From Thermodesulfobacteriota bacterium (GTDB taxonomy: Bacteria; Desulfobacterota; Binatia; Bin18): a stretch of 64,000 bases of DNA. The position numbers were made by a program, and so were the translations under genes. The stretch spans positions 4,672,001 to 4,736,000 of the forward strand of contig OZ219926.1 in NCBI GenBank assembly GCA_964291405.2. Direction: 5' to 3'. Positions 9,286 to 19,949 of this stretch are shown piece by piece. Under the pieces are notes generated by a model. It had not been told where the DNA came from and searched no databases. It was given only the letters and a program-made list of their open reading frames with translations. Position 1 is the first letter of the stretch. Each line of letters opens with the position of its first letter.

Positions 9286-10194
9286 ATGGCATCGATGATT
9301 CCCGTTGAGCAGGTGGAAATTTTTGGCTCTGGCGTGCTCAGAGCTGAAGGTGTGGTCATTGATAAAGAGGGCAACGCCTGGGGGGGCGGGCGCAATGGCA
9401 TTGTCTATAAAGTCAGTCCGGACGGCGTCGTCCACGAGGTCGCCCAGTTGCCGGACCGGGCCATCCCCAACGGCGTCACGCTGGACCGCCAGGGCAACTT
9501 CGTCTATTGCGACCTCAGACATAAAGCGGTGATGCGGCTATCACCCGACGGGAAAGTCTCCCTCGTCGCCGACCACGCAGGAGACTTTCCGATTTCGATC
9601 CCGAACTTCGCCAGCTATGACGCCGAGGGCAATCTCTACGTCTCGAACTCAAGTTCCCAGCCGGGCCGCGAGGTGTTCAAGGAGTTTGTGAATCCCCAGC
9701 CCAACGGCGCGGTGGTACGCATCCGCCCCGACGGACGGGGCGAGGTCGTCGCCACCGGAATTTATTTCGCCAATGGGACGGCCATCGACCCCAACGAAGA
9801 TGCGGTCTACGTCCTGGAGAGTTCGCGCAACGACTGCGTCCGTATCCAGATCAAGAAAGACGGCACCTTTGGTCCGCCCGAAATCTATGCCAAAGATTTT
9901 CCGGCTCTGCCGGACGGGATGGCCTTTGACGTGGACCGCAACCTGTATATCACGCTGCCCGGTGTCCCCGAGAACGGCAAGCTGGAGCCCCGAAACCGGG
10001 TCATCAAGGTCGATCCGAACGGCAACTGGGAGACCTTCGTCCACGACCCGGACGGCGCTGCATTGGCCTTTCCGACCAACTGCGCGTTTGGCGGCCCTGA
10101 CATGCAGGACCTCTTTATCGCCAATCTGGAGGGAGATCATATGAATAAGGTCCGCACCCCAGTCCGAGGCCACCTCCTGTATCACCAACGCTAA
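9286..10194 (+). CDS. SMP-30/gluconolactonase/LRE family beta-propeller protein
   Basis: AEG, PNG, ANG, PDGMAFD..NLY, PTNCAFGGPD. Confidence 0.9.
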   Translation: MASMIPVEQVEIFGSGVLRAEGVVIDKEGNAWGGGRNGIVYKVSPDGVVHEVAQLPDRAIPNGVTLDRQGNFVYCDLRHKAVMRLSPDGKVSLVADHAGDFPISIPNFASYDAEGNLYVSNSSSQPGREVFKEFVNPQPNGAVVRIRPDGRGEVVATGIYFANGTAIDPNEDAVYVLESSRNDCVRIQIKKDGTFGPPEIYAKDFPALPDGMAFDVDRNLYITLPGVPENGKLEPRNRVIKVDPNGNWETFVHDPDGAALAFPTNCAFGGPDMQDLFIANLEGDHMNKVRTPVRGHLLYHQR

Positions 10195-10229
10195 GAGTAT
10201 CATCAGCGCTAACCATACGGAGCCTTCTC

Positions 10230-11384
10230 ATGCAAAAGAGTGACGAACGGATTCTTACCACTCACGTCGGCAGCCTGCCGCGTAATCCTGAGCTGACCGA
10301 TCTGCTGATTAACCAGGAGCAGGGCAAGGTCATAGAGGCGGCGGCCCTGGAGCGCCAATCCGAAAGAGCCGTTCAACACGTGATTGATGAACAACTCAAA
10401 GCCGGCGTGGACATCATCAATGACGGCGAACAGCCGCGCATCGGTTTTCAGACCTATGTGCCGCAGCGCATGCGCGGCTTTGGCGGGGAGAGCAAACGAC
10501 CCACACCGCAAGACATGGCCGAATTTCCGGATTTTACGGCCATGATGCAGCGGCGCAATATGATGCGGGCCAAGGTCTTCAACGCTCCGCAGGCCATCGG
10601 CGAGCTTGCCTACGACGACCTGTCCGCCGTGGAGCAGGAATGTGCGTTGTTTCTGCGCTGTACGGAGCAGGCGGCGTTCACCGAACGCTTCATGACCGCG
10701 GCTTCGCCCGGCATTATTGCCACCACCATGCTGAACGCCCATTACGACTCGCACGAGGCGTATGTGCTGGCCGTGGCTGAGCAGATGAAGAAAGAGTACG
10801 AATACATCCACGCCCAGGGCCTGTTGCTGCAACTCGACGCCCCCGACCTGGCTATGGAGCGGACCTTCCTCTTTCAGGAGCAGACACTGGCCGAATTCCA
10901 GAAGACCATCGAAGTTCATATCGAAGCCGTCAACCGCGCGACCGAGAATATCCCGGCCGAGCGTATCCGACTGCATATCTGCTGGGGGAATTACGACGGT
11001 CCCCACAATCACGATGTGCCGCTGGCCGATATTCTGCCCATTCTCTATCAGGCCAAGGTTGGAGCCCTGTCCATCGAGCTGGCCAATCCCCGCCACCAGC
11101 ACGAATATAAAGCCTTCCGGCAACATCCCTTACCCGACTCGATGCTGCTCATCCCCGGTGTGATCGATTCCACAACCAACTATATCGAGCACCCGGAAAT
11201 CGTCGCCGACCGCCTCTGTCAGGTGGTTGAGGCTATCGACGACCGGAGTCGGGTCATTGCCGGTTCGGACTGCGGCTTTGGCACGTTTGCCGGCTGGGAG
11301 ATGGTGTCCGAGAGCGTGGTGTGGGCAAAAATGAAAGCGTGCAGTCAGGGGGCGCAGATTGCGACGCAGCGCTTGTGGGGATGA
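10230..11384 (+). CDS. Cobalamin-independent methionine synthase II-like (Zn thiol alkyltransferase family) protein
   Basis: TTHVGSLPR, DGEQ, QLDAPDL, HICWGNY, PGVID, DCGF. Confidence 0.9.
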   Translation: MQKSDERILTTHVGSLPRNPELTDLLINQEQGKVIEAAALERQSERAVQHVIDEQLKAGVDIINDGEQPRIGFQTYVPQRMRGFGGESKRPTPQDMAEFPDFTAMMQRRNMMRAKVFNAPQAIGELAYDDLSAVEQECALFLRCTEQAAFTERFMTAASPGIIATTMLNAHYDSHEAYVLAVAEQMKKEYEYIHAQGLLLQLDAPDLAMERTFLFQEQTLAEFQKTIEVHIEAVNRATENIPAERIRLHICWGNYDGPHNHDVPLADILPILYQAKVGALSIELANPRHQHEYKAFRQHPLPDSMLLIPGVIDSTTNYIEHPEIVADRLCQVVEAIDDRSRVIAGSDCGFGTFAGWEMVSESVVWAKMKACSQGAQIATQRLWG

Positions 11385-11534
11385 GAGGACTCGGCGCTAT
11401 ACTGATTTTCCGGAATCCTTTCAGCCGCCGCTATCACCGTAAGCACATCGTCATGGCTCGCGGCCCGTGTGGACCGCGCGTCAGCTCGATCAACCCATCA
11501 CAGGCGCCCTGCATGGACTCCGAAGGGAGCCCTC

Positions 11535-12674
11535 TCAATAAACGCCAGGAAAAATCCGGTACTTCACTCGTGCCTGATACGCTGCCCACTTCTCGGCGCC
11601 GTACTTCTCGGCACAGAGCCTGTCGTCTTCAAGTTGACGCCACACAAACAGCGAGACGATGAAGACAAAGTAGGTCCAAGCCCACGGATTAGTGAAGTAG
11701 CCGAAGACCAAGGCAATGGACAGGGCAAGGAACCCCTCGCCCAGGTAGTTGAAGTGGCGGGCCACACCCCATAGACCGCTGCACAGGATCTTGCGGTCAC
11801 CGGCCTCAATGTACTCAGGCTCGATGAGCCCGAGAAACTTACGCTCGGGCCATCGCTTAAATGTGTATTTCTGCAAGTTGGCGCCGCGCGAGATGCTCCA
11901 TCCGAAGAGGAACAGCGCAGCCGTTCCGATAAGCCAGACATACGTCCATGCCGGCGAGAATCCGGGGTCCGGGTAAGCGGCCATGCCCCACAACGGGAGG
12001 ATGAACATCCACCCGTAGACTACGAGGCCACCCCAGAACAACTTGAAGCCGAGATTCTCATGGATCAGATCGTAGGTATAGAGCTGGACGCGCTCAAAGA
12101 TGAAGTAGTCCAGCACGTAGAACGTGAAGAACGCCGCATACAGGAAAACGCCGGGATTGGAGTTTTCGCCAAAGAGTTCGTAGTGGTACACGGCCCCGGA
12201 CAGGGCGTTGAGCGAGAACATCGTCCCACCGACAGCATAGAAATACATCTTTACGTCGAAGCGGTCGTTGAAGAACGACAGCTCATGAGCCCGCCCAACC
12301 CACAGATCCACGATGGGATTCTTTATTTTCCCTTGCGGCTGGCTGTACACCGCTACGATGGTAAAGAGAGTAGTGAAGGCCGTTCCGCCAGCCACCGCAT
12401 AGATCGAGGACCGGTAGAACCAATCACGCGGCATCCCGGTGAGCTCAAAAGCCCACACGCCCAGCGCGATGGCAAACACCAGAATACCGTTGAGCCGATA
12501 GTTGCGGGGTTCACCGGTCTGCGGATTGATGACGTAGCCGGGAACCCGCCTTCCTGGCAACATGAGTTGCGCCAGGAAAAACACGGCGAAGATCACCAGC
12601 GGGGTGAAAAACCCCGCAATCGCTTCCGTCCGGGAAAGCTCGAAAAGGTGGCCAATACCAAGCCATTCAATCAT
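11535..12674 (-). CDS. ERG4/ERG24 family sterol reductase-like membrane protein
   Basis: YRLNG, D..HENLGFKLFWG, ANLQKY.FK, LCSGLWGVARHFNYLGE, DD..CAEKYG..W..Y..RVKYRIFPGVY. Confidence 0.88.
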   Translation of the reverse strand: MIEWLGIGHLFELSRTEAIAGFFTPLVIFAVFFLAQLMLPGRRVPGYVINPQTGEPRNYRLNGILVFAIALGVWAFELTGMPRDWFYRSSIYAVAGGTAFTTLFTIVAVYSQPQGKIKNPIVDLWVGRAHELSFFNDRFDVKMYFYAVGGTMFSLNALSGAVYHYELFGENSNPGVFLYAAFFTFYVLDYFIFERVQLYTYDLIHENLGFKLFWGGLVVYGWMFILPLWGMAAYPDPGFSPAWTYVWLIGTAALFLFGWSISRGANLQKYTFKRWPERKFLGLIEPEYIEAGDRKILCSGLWGVARHFNYLGEGFLALSIALVFGYFTNPWAWTYFVFIVSLFVWRQLEDDRLCAEKYGAEKWAAYQARVKYRIFPGVY

Positions 12675-12858
12675 GACCGAGTACCCCTTCTGCCAGTGAC
12701 CTGGTCATTAACCACCCTCGGACTGTCCCCTGTTGTAGCTATACAGTATTACCCTGCCGAAAGCCGCCTCTCAGTCATTTTTTATAGAAGTCTCCTCTGA
12801 AACGGACAGGCGGTGGTCTCTCAGTAAACGCGAGAGTATCGATCTCCGACCTTTCGTT

Positions 12859-13392
12859 TTAGGCTCCGGTGATATTTTCCGTCCAGCCTTTGTCTTTATC
12901 GACCGTTGTGGCTGTGATCTTCTTTGAAGCGTAAAAGCCGACCAGCCCCAGGGCATCTTTTATCTGCAGCCGCCCGATCGGTCCCGAGGTATAGGTCACA
13001 TTCAGGATATTGCGCGCGGGGTCGATGATAAACGCCGCCGGCTGGATGATATTGCGCTTCTCCTCGTACCAGCAGGTCAGGGTCGCAGCCGTGTCCGGGC
13101 CGTCCACGCCGTAGATGACGGGAAACGTCAGCCCCGACTTATCGACCGTCTGCCGGGCTTTGTCGAGCGGGTCGGTTGAGATGGCGTAGACCGAAATCCC
13201 GGTTGCCTGGGCCTGCTCAAGATTAGCCTGATAATCAGCCAACTGCTGATCGCAGAACGGTCACCAGTGAGCCCGGTAAGTCAGGACGATAGCGTACGGG
13301 GTCGAGATGTCGGCCGGCAGATTGACCGTCCCTCCGCCGACGCTCGGACCGCTGATGGCGGGAAAAGGCTCTCCGGGGTGGAGGCGTTCCAT
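12859..13392 (-). CDS. Selenocysteine-containing AhpC/TSA (peroxiredoxin-like) protein, 177 aa, UxxC motif
   Basis: SD AAAGGAG then ATG at 13392; in-frame TGA (13261-13263) in YRAHW-U-PFC continues into the 12859..13242 ORF; hairpin follows the TGA. Confidence 0.85.
13233..13251 (-). promoter_or_regulatory. Putative bacterial SECIS hairpin
   Basis: GATCAGC-AGTTG-GCTGATT stem-loop with a G-containing loop starting 17 nt after the UGA. Confidence 0.6.
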
Positions 13393-13621
13393 AGCTGTAC
13401 TCCTTTCCGGGATGCGCGCCGGGTCAGGGCGGACAAGACGCGGTGGGCCACCTATAGCCATGACCCGGCGGCGAGTCAAGGCAAGAGCGCGCCGCGCCGG
13501 TCTTCTGCAACAGGCCGGCCCTGTGCTACACTCTGGCCCATGACTCGCCCGTCGCCGCCGTCTCCCGAGCCTCCTGACCTCGTTGCAGAATCTGCTGTGC
13601 TCAGCCTGTGATATTGCCCGC

Positions 13622-14209
13622 ATGGCCAGAGACTCTCGATCCACTGCGTCTAAGCAGGAAGCCAAGAAAACTCCAGCCCAGACCCTGCTGGGTGCTATTG
13701 GTGCCGGACTGCGGAAACTACCGACCACCTTTGTCCTGGTGCTGATCGGACTTTTTATTGTTTTTCGCTCGGCGGACGAGGAGCAGCCACCAGAGCAACA
13801 ACCCGAAGACTCGATATCACAGGAAGAGCCGCAGCCACCGGCTGACCTTCCTGCCAATATCAGTCCGGCCTTTTGGACCTGTGTCTACCGCACCGACACC
13901 CAGCTCTCCGAAAGCCTCTGGGCGGATGTGTACTACGGCATGGAAGCCAGCGACGCCGGACGCTCGGTATCCGTTTCCGTCTCTCCGAAATGGACCGACC
14001 TGACACTCGACCAGCGCTCTATCGTAGTCGAACTGGTGGCGACGACCTGGCAAAAGAACAGCCAGGACCTGGCAGTCTTTGAGCCGGGAGCCGGACTGGA
14101 AAGCGTGATGCTCAAAAGAGCGGAAGACGACACGGTAGTGGCAGTCTGGACGCCGCACGACGGAGTCCAACTCATCGACGGGGGTTCCGGATCTCAAAGC
14201 CACGGATAG
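13622..14209 (+). CDS. Hypothetical single-pass membrane protein
   Basis: One hydrophobic helix (TFVLVLIGLFIVF), Pro/Glu linker and a globular C-terminal domain. Confidence 0.6.
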   Translation: MARDSRSTASKQEAKKTPAQTLLGAIGAGLRKLPTTFVLVLIGLFIVFRSADEEQPPEQQPEDSISQEEPQPPADLPANISPAFWTCVYRTDTQLSESLWADVYYGMEASDAGRSVSVSVSPKWTDLTLDQRSIVVELVATTWQKNSQDLAVFEPGAGLESVMLKRAEDDTVVAVWTPHDGVQLIDGGSGSQSHG

Positions 14210-14258
14210 CCAGACGAGACCTCGTGGGGAATAACCGGATACGAAACAAAAGGAAGGC

Positions 14259-15305
14259 ATGAAGCCAGACTCGTTTTTTACCATAGACTGGCGGGACGGT
14301 GCGGTGGTGATGATTGACCAACGCGCCTTACCCACCCGGGAAGTCTATCGCACCTACACGGATTACCGCAGCGTCGCACGCGCTATTACCGATATGGTCA
14401 TTCGCGGGGCTCCTGCGATTGGTGTTGCCGCTGCCATGGGGATCGCGCTTGGCGTGCGACAGCTCAAACGGAGTGCTCAGCCCGACGTGTTTACGCGCAT
14501 CTGTCAGGTCTTTGCCGCCACCCGACCGACCGCGGTCAACCTCTTCTGGGCCATTGACCGTATGCGGCGTCGGTATGAGAAAGTGCGGGCCAAAGGCCGT
14601 GACGCGCTCATTGAAGCTCTGGAGCAGGAAGCCCTGAAAATTTGTCAGGAAGACATAACCGCCAATCAGCGTATCGGTCGCCACGGCGCAAAATTGGTTC
14701 CCAAAGGGGCCACGGTTTTAACCCATTGTAACGCCGGGGCGCTGGCAACGGCCGGGTATGGAACCGCCCTGGGCGTAATCCGGGCCGCCTGGGAGCAGGG
14801 CAAAAATATATCCGTCTTTGTGCCGGAAACCCGGCCGTATTTACAGGGCGCGCGTTTAACCGCCTGGGAACTCGTGCGCGAGGGGATTCCCGCAACCCTG
14901 ATCACCGACAATATGATCGGCCATTTCATGCAACAGGGCGCGATTGATTGTGTGATTGTCGGCACCGACCGCACCGCGGCCAATGGAGACGTGGCCAATA
15001 AGATCGGGACGTATACGTCCGCCGTGCTGGCCGGACGGCACAAGGTGCCGTTCTATGTGGCCGCCCCAACCACGTCGATTGATCTGGATTGCCCCTCGGG
15101 CAAGAAGATTCCGATCGAAGAGCGATCCGCCCAGGAAGTCACCCATGTGCTGCGCCAACAGATCGCCCCCAGCGAGGTCGCGGTTGCTCATCCGGCTTTT
15201 GATGTCACCCCCCATCGCCTGGTCAGCGCGATCATCACGGAAAGGGGGATCGCCCGCGGTCCCTATGCGCAGTCGTTGCCGAAATTTGTCAAAAGAAAAC
15301 GGTGA
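14259..15305 (+). CDS. mtnA: S-methyl-5-thioribose-1-phosphate isomerase
   Basis: [60 protein letters not shown]. Confidence 0.96.
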   Translation: MKPDSFFTIDWRDGAVVMIDQRALPTREVYRTYTDYRSVARAITDMVIRGAPAIGVAAAMGIALGVRQLKRSAQPDVFTRICQVFAATRPTAVNLFWAIDRMRRRYEKVRAKGRDALIEALEQEALKICQEDITANQRIGRHGAKLVPKGATVLTHCNAGALATAGYGTALGVIRAAWEQGKNISVFVPETRPYLQGARLTAWELVREGIPATLITDNMIGHFMQQGAIDCVIVGTDRTAANGDVANKIGTYTSAVLAGRHKVPFYVAAPTTSIDLDCPSGKKIPIEERSAQEVTHVLRQQIAPSEVAVAHPAFDVTPHRLVSAIITERGIARGPYAQSLPKFVKRKR

Positions 15306-15308
15306 GAC

Positions 15309-15445
15309 CTAGAGCGGCTTACGATCAATTGTCGCCTTCGTCATGCCGGACTTGATCCGGCATCCAGCGGACGGGGGGCGGGAGACCTGGATTCCTGTTT
15401 TCACAGGAATGACGAGTGGCTACACAGTATCGGAATTTGCTCTAG
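15309..15445. mobile_element. MITE-like element with CTAGAGC...GCTCTAG ends enclosing a palindromic repeat
   Basis: Imperfect terminal inverted repeats ctagagcggcttacgat / atcggaatttgctctag; internal gtcatgccggacttgatccggcatcca...tggattcctgttttcacaggaatgac. Confidence 0.5.
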
Positions 15446-15872
15446 CATCCGAATACGGCAGATATGGACGCATTCAGCGGGAGGTGTTTTTCAGATCGGA
15501 AGGATAGATGCCATCAATTAACGGTAATAAAGACTTGATAACGAACTGAATTAACGAAAATTTGGTTATTCCCATACGACCAACAGGAGAGAGACCTGAT
15601 CGAAGAGTGGGGCGGGCGTCTGCACACAGCCGAAATAAAATGGTCCCCCCGAGCCGCGACCCGCACGCCCCGCGGTTGGCGCCAAGTCTACCCCGGCAGT
15701 TCGTTCCAGGTTGTTCATCAGGGGAATTATCTGGATTTCATCGCCACGCCGAACTGTCAGGCTGCCGGCGTCTGAGCGTCGAAAGCCCGATCTGATTTGA
15801 GACAGCCACCAAGCGTCGTCCGAACGGTCCGGCGACGAGGCAACCTTTCCGTTCAGGAGACAGCGTTTCCGC

Positions 15873-16949
15873 TCAATCACGGGTTTGCCGAGCGATCGTA
15901 TCGACCAGCCGGGCGTGTTCCGGCGCTCCGATTGCGGGCAGCGGGAGAGCCGGCCGGGCGGCAGTGCGTTGCTTCAGCCACTCGACACGGCGCTGGGCTT
16001 CGGCCACCCGCTCCCCGGCCAAAACGCCTTGTTGCACCGCCTGCCGGCACGCATCCCGAGCGCTGAGGGCGTACTCCAGGCTCTGGCAGACCAATAGGAG
16101 ATCAGCCCCGGCGCTGAGCGCCTGAACCGCGGCGGCCGCGACCGACGAATGCCGGACAATAGCGCCCATCTCCAGGTCGTCCGAGACAATGACGCCCTGG
16201 AATCCTAATCGTTTCCGCAGCAGATCGTTCATAATGACGGAGGAGAGCGAGGCGGGCTGCTGCGGGTCAAGGGCGGGATAGACAACGTGGGCGGTCATCA
16301 AGAGCTCGATCTTCTGGGCAATAGCGGCCTGAAAAGGGAGGAGGTCAACTGCCTCCAGGGTCGCGCTGTCTCGCTCATCGTAGGGAAGATCGTCATGCGA
16401 ATCGATGACGGTCGCCCCATGCCCAGGGAAATGCTTGCCGCACGGGAGCACGCCGGCCGCACGCAGCCCGTCGGCAAGCGCACAGCCAAACTCCGCCACC
16501 CGCTGCGGGTCAGAGCCAAACGCGCGGTCGCCAATAACCGTGTTGTCAGGATTGCTGTACACGTCCAGTACGGGCGCAAAGTCAATATCTATCCCCACGC
16601 TGCGCAACTCCCGCCCAAGGGCGACCCCTACCTCATGGGCGAGTTGCGGAGAGCCCGTCTGGCCGACCTGCAAAGCGGGCGGAAAATGGGTGAAGGGCGG
16701 TGAGAGACGATGGACACGCCCACCTTCGGCGTCAAGCGCAATCAAGGGTGGGTGCTCGGGAGTCAGGGCATGGATGTCCGCACACAGGACCCGAAGCGTG
16801 TCCGGATCCGTATAATTCCGCTGAAAGAGAATGAGGCCACCGGGCTGCAAGTCGGCAAGTATCCGGCGCGTCTCAGCATCAAGCGTTGGATGGGGAATAC
16901 CAACCATCAGGCACTGGCCGGGAGTGTCTTGAGGAAGTCGACTGCTCAT
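15873..16949 (-). CDS. nagZ: Beta-N-acetylhexosaminidase (GH3)
   Basis: DAEGGRVHRL, FAPVLDV, KHFPGHG....DSH, VSDDLEMGA. Confidence 0.93.
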   Translation of the reverse strand: MSSRLPQDTPGQCLMVGIPHPTLDAETRRILADLQPGGLILFQRNYTDPDTLRVLCADIHALTPEHPPLIALDAEGGRVHRLSPPFTHFPPALQVGQTGSPQLAHEVGVALGRELRSVGIDIDFAPVLDVYSNPDNTVIGDRAFGSDPQRVAEFGCALADGLRAAGVLPCGKHFPGHGATVIDSHDDLPYDERDSATLEAVDLLPFQAAIAQKIELLMTAHVVYPALDPQQPASLSSVIMNDLLRKRLGFQGVIVSDDLEMGAIVRHSSVAAAAVQALSAGADLLLVCQSLEYALSARDACRQAVQQGVLAGERVAEAQRRVEWLKQRTAARPALPLPAIGAPEHARLVDTIARQTRD

Positions 16950-17132
16950 AACAGTACTCTAGCAAGAAGGCCAATACGAGAAAAGAAAATCTCACAGTAC
17001 CTAGACAATCCTCGGACAAATATGCTAACAGCACGCCCATACTATTGCTTTGCCTTGGACGGGAGAGCCGCCGGGCGACAAACCGGTCGACCCAAACAGG
17101 CTCTGTCAGGGCAAAAAGATAGTGAAGGCAGA

Positions 17133-17164
17133 CCGCTTGGATCCAATTGTACGGACCGAGACGG
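17133..17164 (+). promoter_or_regulatory. pan RNA motif-like leader hairpin
   Basis: ccgcttggAtcc-aattgtac-ggaccgagAcgg stem with one bulged A on each side, upstream of panB. Confidence 0.6.
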
Positions 17165-17301
17165 ATGGCAGAAAAGCTATACGACAGGGAAGAGCGACAG
17201 CGTGCGGTTCCGGCAGCAGCCCGCGTAGCCTCCACACCATTTCCCCTGTCTCGACGCCCTCCGACTGTGGTCCATGGAGAAACCGTGGAAGGAGGGACGA
17301 C

Positions 17302-18120
17302 ATGCAATCCACAAAGATTTCGGTTCCTGAACTGCAACGGCTGAAAGCGTCCGGGCAGAAGATTACTGCCCTCACCGCCTACGACTACCCATTCGCCCGC
17401 ATCCTGGACGAATGTGGCATCGATTTTCTCCTGGTCGGCGATTCTCTGGGCACGACCGTGCAGGGAGCGGCTACGACCCTGCCGGTCACGATGGACGATA
17501 TGGTCTACCACCTCAGGCTGGTCAATCGAGCCCGCCCACGCGCCCTCATTGTGGGTGATATGCCGTTTCTCTCCTACCAAGCCGGCATTTGTGACGCCAT
17601 TGCCAATGCCGGACGCTTACTCAAGGAAGGCGGGGCCGAGGCCGTCAAACTGGAAGGTGGGGTCAACATCGCCCGGGTTATCAAGGCCATCGTGAATGTA
17701 GATATCCCCGTGATGGGCCATATCGGCCTGACGCCGCAATCGGTGCATCGCATGGGCGGCTATAAGGTCCAGGGCAAGAAATCGGGCCGCCAACCCGGTG
17801 CACGGGAACGGCTCATCGAAGACGCCGAAGCCGTCACCAACGCCGGCGCTTTTGCCGTGGTCTTGGAGGGCGTCCCCATGGACTTGGCTGCTGAGATAAC
17901 GGATATGCTGACCATTCCAACCATTGGGATTGGGGCCGGTCCGCACTGTGACGGTCAGATTCTGGTGATGCATGACCTGCTGGGCATGTCCGGTGATTTC
18001 ACGCCCAAATTCGTCAAGCGCTACGCCAATCTGGAACAGGTGGTGGCCGACGCGGTGAACGCTTATATCAGCGAGGTGCGGGAGCATGCCTTCCCCCAGG
18101 ATGAGCATTCGTTCCATTAG
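17302..18120 (+). CDS. panB: 3-methyl-2-oxobutanoate hydroxymethyltransferase
   Basis: [49 protein letters not shown]; SD GGAGG before ATG 17302. Confidence 0.97.
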   Translation: MQSTKISVPELQRLKASGQKITALTAYDYPFARILDECGIDFLLVGDSLGTTVQGAATTLPVTMDDMVYHLRLVNRARPRALIVGDMPFLSYQAGICDAIANAGRLLKEGGAEAVKLEGGVNIARVIKAIVNVDIPVMGHIGLTPQSVHRMGGYKVQGKKSGRQPGARERLIEDAEAVTNAGAFAVVLEGVPMDLAAEITDMLTIPTIGIGAGPHCDGQILVMHDLLGMSGDFTPKFVKRYANLEQVVADAVNAYISEVREHAFPQDEHSFH

Positions 18121-18150
18121 GGCGTACCCTGAAGAATCGGAAACAGAGCT

Positions 18151-18993
18151 GTGCAGATTATTCAAACCGTTCGAGAGATGCAGCGTTGGTCGGAAGATCA
18201 GCGCCTGGAGCGCAAGACTGTGGCCTTTGTCCCCACCATGGGATTTCTGCACGAGGGCCATCTCAGCCTGGTGCGCGAGGCGAAGAATCGAGGCGACGTG
18301 GTTGTGGTCTCCATTTTCGTCAATCCCATGCAATTCAATCAGGCGTCTGATTTTGATAAATACCCGCGTAACGAGGACCAGGACGAACGTGCCCTGGAAG
18401 CATTGGGCACCGACGTGTTGTTCATGCCGCCGCCGGCTGAAATCTATCCCGATGGCTACCAGAGCGCGGTTGAGGTCGAGAAAGTCAGCCAGCCCTTATG
18501 CGGGGCCTTTCGTCCCGGCCATTTTCGGGGGGTGGCAACGGTGGTGGCCAAGCTGTTCAATATGGTCAAACCGCATTGTGCCCTGTTTGGCGAGAAAGAT
18601 TTCCAGCAGTGCGTTGTCATCAAGCGCATGGTCCAAGACCTGAACTTTGACATCGATATTGTCACCCTGCCAACAGTGCGCGAAGACGACGGCCTGGCCA
18701 TGAGTTCCCGGAATGCCCGGCTGAGTACGGCTGAAAGGGAGACGAGCCTGTGTGTGTCGAGCGCGCTCACGGCTGCCCAGGAACTGGTCTCCGGCGGTCA
18801 GTCCTCCGCGGCTGTTATTCTCCAGGCCGTGCAGCAGATATTAACCCAAAACGCCGAGGTGCGGGTTGAGTATGCCTCCCTGTGCCAGCCTGAAACGCTC
18901 GAAGAGGTGGAGCAGATATCCGGCCCCACCTTGTTGGCTATTGCGGTCTGGGTTGGCGAGGTCCGGCTGATTGATAACTGCGTGCTCCATTAG
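18151..18993 (+). CDS. panC: Pantoate--beta-alanine ligase
   Basis: FVPTMGFLHEGH, SIFVNPMQF, RPGHFRGVATVV.KLF, FGEKDFQQ, GLAMSSRN, RLIDN. Confidence 0.97.
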   Translation: MQIIQTVREMQRWSEDQRLERKTVAFVPTMGFLHEGHLSLVREAKNRGDVVVVSIFVNPMQFNQASDFDKYPRNEDQDERALEALGTDVLFMPPPAEIYPDGYQSAVEVEKVSQPLCGAFRPGHFRGVATVVAKLFNMVKPHCALFGEKDFQQCVVIKRMVQDLNFDIDIVTLPTVREDDGLAMSSRNARLSTAERETSLCVSSALTAAQELVSGGQSSAAVILQAVQQILTQNAEVRVEYASLCQPETLEEVEQISGPTLLAIAVWVGEVRLIDNCVLH

Positions 18994-19008
18994 GCTCAGA
19001 GTTCGCGT

Positions 19009-19479
19009 ATGGCCAAACCGAAATCCGCCGAGAGAGCGATCTGCGTCAATCGCAAAGCACGGCACGATTATATCATCAACGAAACCATCGAGGCCGGGAT
19101 TGTGCTGAACGGCGGAGAGGTCAAATCGCTCCGGGACGGTCGGGCCAATCTCAAGGACAGCTATGGCCGGATCGACAAGGGCGAGGCGTTTTTATTGAAC
19201 GCGCATATCAGCGACTACAAACCGGCCCATTATTTCAACAGCGATCCCAACCGCAGGCGTAAGCTCCTCTTGCACAAAAAAGAAATCATGCGTCTGATGG
19301 GAAAAACAAAGGAGCAGGGATTGACCCTGGTTCCTCTGCGGCTGTACTTTAAGGAAGGTCGAGTCAAGGTTGAGTTGGCTTTGGCCAAGGGTAAACGGAC
19401 GTATGACAAGCGCGCTGCCATTCGCGAACGCGAGATGAAGCGCGATGTTCAGCGTGCCATGCATAGACGAACAGGCTAG
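19009..19479 (+). CDS. smpB: SsrA-binding protein
   Basis: NRKARHDY, EAGIVL.G.EVKSLR, RKLLLHKKEI, KGKRTYDKR. Confidence 0.97.
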   Translation: MAKPKSAERAICVNRKARHDYIINETIEAGIVLNGGEVKSLRDGRANLKDSYGRIDKGEAFLLNAHISDYKPAHYFNSDPNRRRKLLLHKKEIMRLMGKTKEQGLTLVPLRLYFKEGRVKVELALAKGKRTYDKRAAIREREMKRDVQRAMHRRTG

Positions 19480-19522
19480 GGGAGGTATGCTTTTCTCTGT
19501 GTGAGAGACACAACTGCGATAA

Positions 19523-19874
19523 GGGGGCGATCTGGTTTCGACGGGGGCTAGAAAGCCAAGGCTGCATGCCGGGGTTCTGTCCCGCCCGTAAAACGGACAG
19601 GCTGCAATTTAACTGCAGACGATTTTGATTACGCTCTTGCTGCCTAGAGCAGCTTGCGTCTTACCGATCCGCGCCCGTAGGGTCGGCTAAGGCGACATAA
19701 ATCGGGATAGGGCTCGCATCGTGCCGAAGGGTGTGCGCCCGAAACTCTACTTTGGCTGGTCTGAAGGCATCCTGCTCGTAGGAGGCCCGAGGATGAGATT
19801 AAAATACGAGCTACGCATTGTAGATGCCTTGAGTGGACTACTTTCGGACGCGGGTTCGATTCCCGCCGCCTCCA
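19523..19874 (+). ncRNA. ssrA: tmRNA, tag peptide ADDFDYALAA (19615-19647)
   Basis: 5' GGGGGCGATCTGGTTTCGAC, 3' GACGCGGGTTCGATTCCCGCCGCCTCCA, tag ending YALAA; directly after smpB. Confidence 0.96.
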
Positions 19875-19949
19875 TTCCGTCCTAATCCTTTCCCTTCCCG
19901 CCTGTTCTCCGATAATCCATTAACGATTTGTATTTGCAGGATTTTTTCT

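Noticed and set aside
15480-15870. Short ORFs between mtnA and nagZ
   Set aside because: No recognisable motifs; probably decayed sequence
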